Shown: one piece after another, positions 45,655 through 54,803 of the stretch
How the letters are laid out: each line of letters starts with the position of its first letter
Position numbering within the stretch: position 1 is the stretch's first letter
IMG/VR virus record: IMGVR_UViG_2636416187_000004
Location: 1 to 64,000 of that record
Length of the DNA stretch: 64,000 bases
Strand: one strand, 5' to 3'
DNA from: a virus
Taxonomy: Duplodnaviria > Caudoviricetes
The notes under the pieces: model-generated
Databases searched by the model: none
What the model saw: the letters and a program-made list of their open reading frames with translations, nothing else
What the model was told of the DNA's origin: nothing
Translations under genes and position numbers: made by a program

Positions 45655-45788
45655 GACTTCGTCCTTGCCGCTATAGCGGCTGACTTTGAAGGGGGAGGAG
45701 GGTTAACGCTTAGCGGTAAAAGACGGATTTCAATTTCGAGGTGCGTGCTTCATCATTCGAACAATAGGGATCTGTGAGGGCACGCTGA

Positions 45789-46856
45789 ATGAGTAGGCTT
45801 GAGTTTTTGGAAGATGTCGTTGGGCTCAATAAAAGCGGAGTTAAATGCCACCCATACAAAGGTCTAGTAGGCCCTAAAAAAGGTAAATTCAGCTACACAC
45901 TTAAAACTGAAGACAACAAAGATTTTCAATCAGCTACCGCGGAAGAATTAATAAAACTGATTGAGTCAGGGGCTTTTGACGTTAGAGGTAGAATTAGAAT
46001 GCTCCCGGCTGATGGTCAACATTCAAAAAGCAACAGCGCCTTAAGCGTAGTCTCATATAAAGGGCAGCGTTTGACCTTGGTCCACGGGTTCGCACACCCG
46101 GTGGCTGACCGTGATTTCGAAGCGTTGAATGCAAAAAATGTTGTTGCTACTCCAAGTGGGATGGTTTTGGACGAATTCCAGAGCCGTTTACCGGCGGAGC
46201 AGCTGCGAAAGGTTACCCCCGAGTATATCTGGGAGGCGGTACAGGCTCTAATTGAAGGTATGCCTGCAGATGGGTACAAACCTTCGGTTGATTACGACTT
46301 GTTGGCCGACAACGGTATGAGGTTGGCGCCGAAGCAAGTGTTTGGTCTTGCCGCCTCAGCTGCGCTGGGATTGGACATTAAGCCAGTCCACTTCACTGGT
46401 GGTGTGGGTACTGTCTGCTTTGAACTGTTGGAGGCAGCAGGCTACAAGATTGTTCTAAAAGATGAGCAAATTGAGCCGGTCGAAATACCCACTGACACTG
46501 AGGAGAAAGACTGGGCGGAGGGCCAGGTCAAATTAGTGTACCACCTGAAACGGGAACGCTCACCAGGTCTATCTAAAGCTAAGAAGGCTTCATTCATCAA
46601 AAAATATGGCCGACTGTTCTGCGAGGAGTGCGGTACAGATCCTATCAAAACCTATGGTGATTTTGGTGAGGCCTGTATTGAAGTCCACCATGATGCCATC
46701 CATGTCGCCGATATGGGTGAGAACCACAAGACGACTCTCGATCAACTGCGATGCCTTTGTGCGAATTGTCACCGCATAGTGCACCGCAGCCTGAAGTCGC
46801 GACTAGAGGCATCGAGCCGCGGCGCGCCGGGGATCACCAGCTTGGTGACTGTCTAG
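45789..46856 (+). CDS. Moron: McrA-like HNH endonuclease with N-terminal accessory domains
   Basis: ERSPGL..KK..CEECG..IEVHH..LCANCHRIVH. Confidence 0.8.
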   Translation: MSRLEFLEDVVGLNKSGVKCHPYKGLVGPKKGKFSYTLKTEDNKDFQSATAEELIKLIESGAFDVRGRIRMLPADGQHSKSNSALSVVSYKGQRLTLVHGFAHPVADRDFEALNAKNVVATPSGMVLDEFQSRLPAEQLRKVTPEYIWEAVQALIEGMPADGYKPSVDYDLLADNGMRLAPKQVFGLAASAALGLDIKPVHFTGGVGTVCFELLEAAGYKIVLKDEQIEPVEIPTDTEEKDWAEGQVKLVYHLKRERSPGLSKAKKASFIKKYGRLFCEECGTDPIKTYGDFGEACIEVHHDAIHVADMGENHKTTLDQLRCLCANCHRIVHRSLKSRLEASSRGAPGITSLVTV

Positions 46857-46900
46857 CGCTCAACTTTCAGCGGCTCGACCGGTTTGTTTTCTGTGGGCAT
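46805..46900 (-). pseudogene. 5' remnant of the 3544-4131 homolog
   Basis: MPTENKPVEPLKVER*TVTKLVIPGAPRLD versus MPTENNPAVPLQVERSTVTKLVITGAPSLD. Confidence 0.7.
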
Positions 46901-47004
46901 GGGGCGTCCTATGCCGGGGCATGCCCGGGCGGTGGAGAATGGTGATCACTTGCCAGCTTGGATGCTATCTTCCAAGCTGAACTTCAATTGGCTCGGAGGC
47001 TGAG

Positions 47005-47667
47005 ATGTCTGAAACAAAAATGCGGCGCGTCTACCACTTCGTTAACAGTGAATACGGATTGCAGAATGTACAGATGCGGCGATTGAAAATCTCAACTCTT
47101 CTCGGTCTTAACGACCCGTTTGAACTTCTTAGTAACAATATCCGAAACAAGAAAGTCCGTTCTCTATTCAATATCGCAAAAAGTATTTTTGACAAAAGAT
47201 TTGGTATCATCTGTTTCAGTAATTCGAGTCAAAGCCCCGTACAGTGGGCGCACTACGCTGATAGGAATAGAGGTGTATGCCTTGGTTTCGATGTCCGTTC
47301 TGATTCGCTCATAGATATAAAGTACATCGATGAGAGAGTTAACGAGGCCAGTTTTCCTAAGCACCCAGACCATGCCGAGGAGTGGATGCGCCAAATTCTT
47401 TCTACAAAATACTCGCAATGGGCATATGAGGATGAGTCGAGGTGCTTCTTCAATCTTGAAACTAAAACAGGCGAGTACTACTTTAAAGAATTTGATAGCG
47501 ATATTGTTTTGAAAGAAGTTCAAGTGGGTTTTCATAGTGAAATAACTCGTGCGGAGCTTTCAGAGAAACTAGGCGCACTGTCCGGCACTGTCTCCTGCTT
47601 CAGGGTTCGGCCTGCATTTGGATCTTTCCACATGGTCCGAAACGAGAATGAGTCTTTGTGGAAGTGA
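47005..47667 (+). CDS. Moron: DUF2971-domain protein
   Basis: LNDPFE, ICFS, QWAHYADRNRGVCLGFD, KYSQWAYEDESR. Confidence 0.8.
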   Translation: MSETKMRRVYHFVNSEYGLQNVQMRRLKISTLLGLNDPFELLSNNIRNKKVRSLFNIAKSIFDKRFGIICFSNSSQSPVQWAHYADRNRGVCLGFDVRSDSLIDIKYIDERVNEASFPKHPDHAEEWMRQILSTKYSQWAYEDESRCFFNLETKTGEYYFKEFDSDIVLKEVQVGFHSEITRAELSEKLGALSGTVSCFRVRPAFGSFHMVRNENESLWK

Positions 47668-47681
47668 TTTAAGTATGCGCA

Positions 47682-48605
47682 TCATGCAGCAGCTTTCAAT
47701 GCTTCGATGATTCGCTTACCTGCAAGTGGCGGTACCGCGTTTCCGGTCATGTGCATGGTCAGCCGGTGGTTGTCCGGGCGCAGCGTGTCCTTCGGGAAGG
47801 ACTGAGCGGCCATCGCTTCGTCGGCGGTGATCATGCGCATCATGTCGCCGTCGACGACTGCCCAGCGATCCAGTGTGGTGATGGTGCCGATCGGACGGTC
47901 AAGGCTGCGACCGGTCAGCCCGGACCCTGATCCGTAATAGGGCATCACGAAACGATCCCCGAAACGCTCGCGCCCATTCTTCACGCGGATCAGTGTCGAC
48001 GCGGCGCGGCCAGGCTTATTGATCGGCGACCACTTGCCGGAGTCGAAGTCGATAATGTCGCGGGCGGGCACGTGCTGGTAGCGGGGGAGCTGCAAGTGCA
48101 ATGGCGCCTTGCTGCGCGAACAGACCATGAACAGGCGCACACGGTGCTGTGGGACACCGAGGTCGGCGCAGTCCACGATGTGCGGAGCCAGCGCGTAACC
48201 CAAGCGCTGCATCGCATCAGCCCACGCCGGGTACAGAATCCAGTCCATGAACTCCGGCACGTTCTCGATCACGGCGAACTCTGGCCGGTTGACTTCGGCG
48301 TTGCCGACTGGCGCCCATGCTGTCGATCGCGAGTTGTCGTGCTGAGGGTTGCCGGCAGCCTTGCCGCGAGCCTTGGTGTGCCCTTGGCAGCACGGCGAGG
48401 CGAGCATGACATCGTGCTTCGGCACGTCCGCCCAGTTCGCCTGGTGCAGATCTTGACAGGCGTGGATCGTGTCCGGGTTATTGCGGGTGTGCCACTCGAC
48501 CGCCTCGGGCCAGTGGTTCGCCGCCCAGAGGACATTGAGTCCGGCGTCCTTGCCGCCACGCGTCCAACCACCGAAACCAGAAAACAAGTCAATTGCTGTG
48601 AGCAT
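47682..48605 (-). CDS. C5 cytosine DNA methyltransferase, orphan
   Basis: DLFSGFGG, ASPCCQ, ENV, PQHRVR, GNAVPP motifs. Confidence 0.92.
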   Translation of the reverse strand: MLTAIDLFSGFGGWTRGGKDAGLNVLWAANHWPEAVEWHTRNNPDTIHACQDLHQANWADVPKHDVMLASPCCQGHTKARGKAAGNPQHDNSRSTAWAPVGNAEVNRPEFAVIENVPEFMDWILYPAWADAMQRLGYALAPHIVDCADLGVPQHRVRLFMVCSRSKAPLHLQLPRYQHVPARDIIDFDSGKWSPINKPGRAASTLIRVKNGRERFGDRFVMPYYGSGSGLTGRSLDRPIGTITTLDRWAVVDGDMMRMITADEAMAAQSFPKDTLRPDNHRLTMHMTGNAVPPLAGKRIIEALKAAA

Positions 48606-48650
48606 GCGGAGTCCTTACCGGCAAGTGCCGGGTAGCGAATTGAGATGAGG

Positions 48651-49430
48651 TCAGGCGGTTGCGGATAGGGCCAGAACGTCTTCGCCAGCGCGTGCAATGC
48701 CGGCATGCAGTTCTACCTTTTGGCCGGCGAGCATCCCAGCGATCTGGGCGTTCATATCCAACTCGACGCCCTTGCTTTTCCGTGACTCTCTGATGTCCTG
48801 AGTGGCGAGGTATTCGCTGATCAATGCCTTGTCCTGCGCCTGAATTGCGACAAGGTCTTGGCCGGTGGCGGACTGGCCAGCCGGATCATCATCGGCCTGA
48901 GGCACAAGCGCTTTCAGCTTCGACTGGACCTCCCATACCCACGCCAGCGCGAAATGGTCGCCAGCGGTTTCGGGCGAGTAGTCACTGCGGCGAATGCCAG
49001 ACCTGACGGCAGAGCAGTACTCTTTGCGCGCCTGGGTGAGCTTGGTGTGCAGTGACTCATACGCATACAGGGCGATGTTCTGAGCGGGAGAAACGCCAAC
49101 AAATGTCGCGCACTCGATGACTTGCCCTTTCGCAGAGCTCCACTTCCTGCGCCGCAGGGTCGTGCAGTTGAATGCATCTGCTACGGCGATGCTCAATTGC
49201 TGATCCCATGCCGGCCGACGCTTGGCGCGGTACAAATCCGACTCAACTTCGCCGACGTCGCTCAACTTCACATCCATTTCGGTCAGCCGGTACTCACGCA
49301 TCAATGCCTGGGCCTGGCGCAACGCCGTGGCGGCTTCGTTCTCGTTCGCGCTTTGGGCCAGTGCCAGACAGTGCTTAATCTTGCGGATCGCGCGCTCGAG
49401 TTTCTTTTCGTCGATCTGTTGTGCGGACAT
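48651..49430 (-). CDS. DUF2786-domain protein
   Basis: KIKHCLALAQSANENEAATALRQAQALMREY. Confidence 0.8.
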   Translation of the reverse strand: MSAQQIDEKKLERAIRKIKHCLALAQSANENEAATALRQAQALMREYRLTEMDVKLSDVGEVESDLYRAKRRPAWDQQLSIAVADAFNCTTLRRRKWSSAKGQVIECATFVGVSPAQNIALYAYESLHTKLTQARKEYCSAVRSGIRRSDYSPETAGDHFALAWVWEVQSKLKALVPQADDDPAGQSATGQDLVAIQAQDKALISEYLATQDIRESRKSKGVELDMNAQIAGMLAGQKVELHAGIARAGEDVLALSATA

Positions 49431-49470
49431 AGGGGATCCCTCTGCGCTAAATTTGCGCAACCAGTAAGGA

Positions 49471-49818
49471 GTGGACAAAGTGGACGATATTTGGAACGAG
49501 TTGACGTCAAAGTCATTGGGCACTGCAGTTATCTGCCTTGTGATCTATTTAAGTGCGATGACGTTTTGGATGGTGAGCAAGAGCCAACGGCAGATTGAGC
49601 GGATGGCGCAAAGATTCGATGATGTCGAGCTAGAGAGGTCCAGGCTCGAAGGCGCTCAAGCAAAGCAAATTGAAAGCATCCAGACCAATCTGTCAGAGCT
49701 TCAATATGTTCTTCAGGACCTGAAAGACTTTCAAAAGGGTGAAGGGCGCTACCGATATAATCCGAGTGATCCACGATTGCCTACACACATCCGCGACCAG
49801 ACCGGACGCGATGACTGA
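49471..49818 (+). CDS. Moron: single-TM coiled-coil protein
   Basis: Hydrophobic helix followed by heptads; splits a conserved leader. Confidence 0.6.
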   Translation: MDKVDDIWNELTSKSLGTAVICLVIYLSAMTFWMVSKSQRQIERMAQRFDDVELERSRLEGAQAKQIESIQTNLSELQYVLQDLKDFQKGEGRYRYNPSDPRLPTHIRDQTGRDD

Positions 49819-49886
49819 AGATTCCCACAGGCTGGCGTGATTCGTAGAAGTGGGTTATTTGTAAGTGTGTTCGTAGCGCTTGAGGG

Positions 49887-50393
49887 GTGGACATGGCGAT
49901 TTGGGTTTTGGAGTCCGCATACAGGTATGCGAAGGCCTCAGCGGTATTACTTAACGCGCACCTCTCTTACGAGAGTGAGGTCAACGCTGCCTTGGCGATG
50001 GAGCTTCTAATAAAGAGCTTGCTGGTCGAAGCGGTGGATAATCCGAGAAAAGGAACTGTGCTTGAGCAGTACAGCTCAAGGCACATCAAATTAAAAGATG
50101 GGCACGATTTGATCGGTCTCTACAATCAGGTTCCTACTGATATCGCGAAAAAGGTAGGACTGGCATCTCAAGTCGACCTGCTGGAAAGAAAGAAAGACGT
50201 ATTCAAGAGCCTTCGCTACATTTATGAAGAAAGAGCGCCGCGGGGGTCAGACAATCTTCTGCTCCAAACGGTATGCTGGTTACTACCTCAGGTCGTTGAT
50301 CATTTTGTCCAGGCTGGCATTGAGGACAAGTGGCTGACGTATATGAAATCCAATCCTCAGCTGATGATGGCCCATTCAATCAGCTCCTGTTGA
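49887..50393 (+). CDS. Moron: HEPN-like helical protein
   Basis: NAALAMELLIKSLL, GHDLIGLY, LRYIYE. Confidence 0.6.
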   Translation: MDMAIWVLESAYRYAKASAVLLNAHLSYESEVNAALAMELLIKSLLVEAVDNPRKGTVLEQYSSRHIKLKDGHDLIGLYNQVPTDIAKKVGLASQVDLLERKKDVFKSLRYIYEERAPRGSDNLLLQTVCWLLPQVVDHFVQAGIEDKWLTYMKSNPQLMMAHSISSC

Positions 50394-50480
50394 ATTAGCC
50401 GCCATAAGTCGACGATGGCAATTTGGTTTGGGTTAGGGTATTGCGGATGGCCGGCATGGAGCCGGATCAAGGAGAAAACT

Positions 50481-50807
50481 GTGCAAAAGCTGAAAGTCGA
50501 ATCGTTTACCGTATCTGCACCACCAGCGCTTCTTCGTTACGACTTCAAACTTGGAAGCGATCCGGTTTTTCTCGAAGCTCTTGATGAGGCCCCGGGCCGG
50601 TACAAGATCACCCTTCGAGAGGGGCAGTTCCACCACTCAGGCAATGCAACTGGTGATGGTGAATACACAATCGAGCTTGAGAACGGCGCCCATCATTCAG
50701 GACGGGTTTTACACACCATTCCGCGAACTACGCCGGACGGAAAGAATTCTCCTGAAGTTCTGGAGTTCCATTTACAGATGGACGTTCTCCCCGAAAAGGA
50801 TCAATAA
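50481..50807 (+). CDS. Moron: hypothetical beta-rich protein
   Basis: AAGGAG SD before GTG 50481. Confidence 0.55.
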   Translation: MQKLKVESFTVSAPPALLRYDFKLGSDPVFLEALDEAPGRYKITLREGQFHHSGNATGDGEYTIELENGAHHSGRVLHTIPRTTPDGKNSPEVLEFHLQMDVLPEKDQ

Positions 50808-50880
50808 CTTCGTCGCCTTCCTCGCCGGGATGTTTCGCCAAGTGCTGCAATCCGGCGTCTCTCAATTGTCGTGACACCTT

Positions 50881-51174
50881 TTAAGAAACAACAAAAGGTG
50901 TCGTGACACACTCGAGCATCTGGGCCTGAGTTTCGAAGTCAGCGGTGATCAGGTTCCGCAGCAGGTTCTGATACACCTCCTGCTGGTTGTTGAAGCCGTG
51001 GGCGGCCATGACCCGCTTGAGGTCTGGCTTGAACACGCCGGCAACCTCAACCGTAAACTTCTCGACGCCCAATGCGGCGTCCTTCGCTGCTGACTTCTCG
51101 CGCTTCTTGCGCTGCTTGATGGCTTCCGCTGTCGGCTGGGGTTCTTCCACCGTCAGTTCCTGTTCTTCGGCCAT
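50881..51174 (-). CDS. Phage hypothetical protein (possibly truncated by a nonsense codon)
   Basis: GAGG SD; the frame stays open after TAA. Confidence 0.6.
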   Translation of the reverse strand: MAEEQELTVEEPQPTAEAIKQRKKREKSAAKDAALGVEKFTVEVAGVFKPDLKRVMAAHGFNNQQEVYQNLLRNLITADFETQAQMLECVTTPFVVS

Positions 51175-51255
51175 GGCCTACCTCTTCAATTCCGCTGGCC
51201 GGCAAGTCCAGCCAGGTCTGTCGGCGGCGCGTGGCAGCCCGGTTGATGGTTCGTT

Positions 51256-51777
51256 TCATCGAAATGCGGACTTCAGCTTTGGATAGTCGATCTTGTGGTC
51301 GCGGACAATCCGGTCAAGCATGTTGTAACTGATCGCCAGAGCTTTGCAGCATTGGCTCCGGTTCATGCCGCCGGCGATGCAGTCCTTGATCTGATCGACT
51401 AATCGCGCTTCCACATTTGGCGGCACCTTGTTCGGCGCCGTTCCGATTTTTTGCCGAACTTGGAACTTGATGGCGTGCTTGGAGGCGATCGCCTTCAGTG
51501 TGGCCAAAGCTATTCCTTCCCGCTCGCAGATCTCGTTCCGGGTCAGCGTTTTTGCCATTTCTCGGATTCGCGCAACGCGAGCGGTCGTTTCGTCCTTCAC
51601 CTTTGGTCGCTGAAAGCTTGGCGGGTACTTCCGCTCGGAGGTGCTGGTGAACTTGATCGGCGCCGGTTCCGGCTCATGAATCTTTCCGCCGGCGGCCAGG
51701 TACTGGGCAATCTGAGCGGAAAGATCTTTTGCGTCCTGACGCCGCCGCTCGACGTCGTTGAGGTGGTTGCTGATCAT
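51256..51777 (-). CDS. Phage protein with two HTH-like repeats
   Basis: LTRNEICEREGI and MNRSQCCKALAI; syntenic with 7237-7551. Confidence 0.65.
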   Translation of the reverse strand: MISNHLNDVERRRQDAKDLSAQIAQYLAAGGKIHEPEPAPIKFTSTSERKYPPSFQRPKVKDETTARVARIREMAKTLTRNEICEREGIALATLKAIASKHAIKFQVRQKIGTAPNKVPPNVEARLVDQIKDCIAGGMNRSQCCKALAISYNMLDRIVRDHKIDYPKLKSAFR

Positions 51778-51784
51778 GCTGGCC

Positions 51785-52348
51785 TCACTTGATCCGTATC
51801 GAGCTTTCGCCGCGCTCAAGGTGAGCCCAGACCGGTTCCGGTAGCAGCTCGTGTTCCGCGTCTTCGCCGGCGTCGATGCGCTTGCGCACAGCGTCGTTGT
51901 GATCGCGTATTTCCTTGAGCCGGACGGCGATGACTTTTTTGTCGGGTGTGATCACGCTATTCACCGAGACAAACTCATCGGGCACAGCTTGTTCGTTGTC
52001 GACAATGACTTTCTCGGGCGAGAGAGCGAGAGAGATCGTGAACAGCGGCCGTTTGATCGACTTGATGTTTGCGGCTTCCATGTTTCGACGCAGGTAATCG
52101 CTGAGCTGGCCCACGGTGTTTTTCTTGATGCGTTTGAGTTCGTTGAGGCGGTCGACTTCCTTGTCGATTGCGTCAATGTCACCTTCGATGTTCCGGCGCA
52201 GCATGACGACGCTTTCGGCCTTTACTTCAAGCTCACCTTTTATGCCGTCCATAGTGTCTTGGATGGCTTGGCGCAGCCCTTCGTCGTCAGTGTCAGCCAG
52301 TGCCGCGAGTTCGGCCATCTGCCTATTCAGCTTGTAGAGATCAGTCAT
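51785..52348 (-). CDS. Siphovirus Gp157-family protein
   Basis: IQDTMDGI..KAESV..IKRPLFTIS..PDKK. Confidence 0.85.
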   Translation of the reverse strand: MTDLYKLNRQMAELAALADTDDEGLRQAIQDTMDGIKGELEVKAESVVMLRRNIEGDIDAIDKEVDRLNELKRIKKNTVGQLSDYLRRNMEAANIKSIKRPLFTISLALSPEKVIVDNEQAVPDEFVSVNSVITPDKKVIAVRLKEIRDHNDAVRKRIDAGEDAEHELLPEPVWAHLERGESSIRIK

Positions 52349-53091
52349 ACTACACCCTCCATAGCGTCCTCAAGGTCCGCTTTGCGGGCGTCCTTGGCGC
52401 GGGTGAATTTAAGTTTGTGGGCTTCGCGTTCTGGGTCGCTCTGGCGCAGTGCCATCTTGCGCATCGCCGATTTGTAGAGCTGCTCCAACTCGTTGAGTGA
52501 TTGCGCGGTACCGATCAAGTGGAGTGTTTCAGCCAGCCATTCGCGGTATTCAGCTGCCAGACGCTCCTTCGCTTCGATCTTGTCCTCGGCGCGCTCGATT
52601 TCGGCTTCACCCAGGCGTTCGTTGACGTAGTGAATGTCGTCGTAAAGACCCAGGCGAACGTCGGCGGAGAAGCCGAGCTGGCTCAGGCATTTGCCGATCG
52701 CATCTGTGAGAGATTTCTTTGGTGCGTCGAAGTCAGTACTGATACCAAACCGGTTCTGTGTGATGAAAGGCGTGTGTCCATAGTGCGTGATCGTCTTGCG
52801 CTCACCGTCGCCGCCGAGGTACCACAGCGCGACTTTGAGTGTGTGAACCTGGGCGTTGGCCAAAACTGCTCCGTCCTTGCTCAGCAGCGGTCCGCCGATA
52901 TCAAAGCGCTCTTCGATCACGTCATACCCCCAGCCGGTACCGCAAGGCCCGAACTGCTCAGTGGCACGCTTAGCCAGGTATTGGGCGTTCACCGCGGTAC
53001 CTGTAAAACCGCCGGGGCCGGTGTATTCCTTGGTGAACTTAGGGTCGGTCTTTTCGACCTCCTCCCAGAGTGCGAGGTTTGGTGCAGGCAT
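52345..53091 (-). CDS. Probable single-strand annealing recombinase (Rad52/Sak-like)
   Basis: ATEQFGPCGTGWG, KKSLTDAIGKCLSQLGFSADV; adjacent to Gp157. Confidence 0.6.
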   Translation of the reverse strand: MPAPNLALWEEVEKTDPKFTKEYTGPGGFTGTAVNAQYLAKRATEQFGPCGTGWGYDVIEERFDIGGPLLSKDGAVLANAQVHTLKVALWYLGGDGERKTITHYGHTPFITQNRFGISTDFDAPKKSLTDAIGKCLSQLGFSADVRLGLYDDIHYVNERLGEAEIERAEDKIEAKERLAAEYREWLAETLHLIGTAQSLNELEQLYKSAMRKMALRQSDPEREAHKLKFTRAKDARKADLEDAMEGVV

Positions 53092-53248
53092 GACGATCTC
53101 CCGCCGCGCGTGTGCGCGGCTTTGAAAGATGGGGTTTATTGAGTGATGTGATCGGCGAGGGCGCTGAGCAGCATCAGGAAGGTGAAGACGCCGAGGGAAG
53201 AGAACGCGCCGCGCCAGATGATCAGGCGGCGCGCCAATTGGCGACCGG

Positions 53249-53443
53249 TCACGACCGAACCCTCACCGCGATCCGCTTGCCCTTCATGGAAGGCGCCAAG
53301 CGCTGTGGCAGGCTGGCGACCAGGTCCTCTCGCTTGCGACCGATCACCTCGTTGAAGGGAAGGCCGAAGCCGAGCAGGGCGATCTTGTTTTCGATGTCCT
53401 CGAGTTGCTCGTCGATCAGCGATTTAACCGGTGCCGTACTCAT
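53249..53443 (-). CDS. Small phage hypothetical protein
   Basis: GGAGG SD; coupled. Confidence 0.6.
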   Translation of the reverse strand: MSTAPVKSLIDEQLEDIENKIALLGFGLPFNEVIGRKREDLVASLPQRLAPSMKGKRIAVRVRS

Positions 53444-53640
53444 GCATCCTCCTTGCGCCGCTGACAGGTGTCACGCAGGCGTTTGCAGTAGTGGTTGAAC
53501 TCGTCAGTGGTGATCGCTCCGTCAGTGAAGAGGCGGGTGATCAGCGCCTGTACCAGCAAGCTGATGTCTTCTTCGCCGGCGGGTGCCGACACTCCATCAA
53601 GCGCTTGATCAATCAGGATGTGAGGGCTCAAAACCCACAC
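53440..53640 (-). CDS. Small phage hypothetical protein
   Basis: Coupled ORF; exact start uncertain. Confidence 0.55.
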   Translation of the reverse strand: MWVLSPHILIDQALDGVSAPAGEEDISLLVQALITRLFTDGAITTDEFNHYCKRLRDTCQRRKEDA

Positions 53641-54032
53641 TCCCGCTCAACGCGATCGCTTTCGCGCTTGGCATCTCGGTACTCGTTGGCGTGCACCGCG
53701 ACCAGGTCGCCGGCGAGCGACCGAACGATCTGCGGATCACCGCCGACGGCTTCGATGGCCCAGGTGTGCAGAATCCCGCCGTCTTTCCGCCTGATCAGCT
53801 CGATCAAAATCTTCTCGATGTACCGATCAGGATCCGGGTTCGCGGCCATGTGATCCGCCAGCGCCTGCGGTAAGTGGTCGGCGCTGACCAGGACCTTGCT
53901 TCGGCCTACCGGATTTGGTGCCTCGACGTGGCGCCGATAAAGCAGATCGTCGACCGATTCGGCCAGCCATTCCTGACCTGCCTCTGTTTCGAGAAAGTCG
54001 TCTTCCGGGATGGGCTTGCGTAGAGCTGACAT
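53628..54032 (-). CDS. Phage hypothetical protein
   Basis: GGAG SD before ATG 54032. Confidence 0.65.
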   Translation of the reverse strand: MSALRKPIPEDDFLETEAGQEWLAESVDDLLYRRHVEAPNPVGRSKVLVSADHLPQALADHMAANPDPDRYIEKILIELIRRKDGGILHTWAIEAVGGDPQIVRSLAGDLVAVHANEYRDAKRESDRVERECGF

Positions 54033-54212
54033 GGTCGTCTCCAGGGTGGCGGGGTGTTGATCCAACAAAACTCGGATGCACTCATCCGCTCCGCTGGTTG
54101 CCGTTGGGCGCGGAGGGGAGTGCATCCGAGTGGTGTTGATTAGGTGGGGGAAGCTGATCTTTTTGTATCGGCTGCCGATAAGGCACTGAGATTATTTAAG
54201 GATGATTCATCT

Positions 54213-54548
54213 ATGCGTTTGATTTCGAAAAGCGCCTGTCTGGTTGCTTGCTTTGCGCTCAGTAATTTTGGACAAGCCTTAGCGGCCTATACCACCCGCG
54301 ATGTTGCTATCACTGCAGTTGCGATGGAGCGCATGTGCGCCGAATGGAAGCCCGAGATGAATTACTCTTTGCAGAACCTGATGAGCCTGCCTGAGTTCGC
54401 GCCTAACGCCGATCTGAAGAAAGAAATTGCTGAGGTCGAAAATAACCCAGCCTTTCAAGATGAAATCAGGGAGATTCAGATGCGGGGCACAGGGGATGAG
54501 TTGGCGATCAGGAACATATGCCCAAGCTATGCACCGGTAGCCAAGTAG
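54213..54548 (+). CDS. Moron: small exported protein
   Basis: Signal peptide ending QALAA; two Cys in the mature part. Confidence 0.65.
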   Translation: MRLISKSACLVACFALSNFGQALAAYTTRDVAITAVAMERMCAEWKPEMNYSLQNLMSLPEFAPNADLKKEIAEVENNPAFQDEIREIQMRGTGDELAIRNICPSYAPVAK

Positions 54549-54803
54549 TTGCCCAGGCCCGCTACTGGCGACAGCCTGGGTTGTAGCATCAAATTGTCGA
54601 CGTGCATAAAGGTGGCCTACCGCTTTCGGCCGATGCGCGGTGACATCGACGGCCTACTATCCGCTGCCTGTATGTGTGATGGGCGCCGGCCTTCAGGCTT
54701 GCCGCGCCGCGCGAGGCGGATCAGTTCAACTATTTCATGATGGTCATCCTCCAATGCGCGCCGTTGGCATCTTGGCGGGCGCTCGCCGTTCTCAGTCATC
54801 AAA

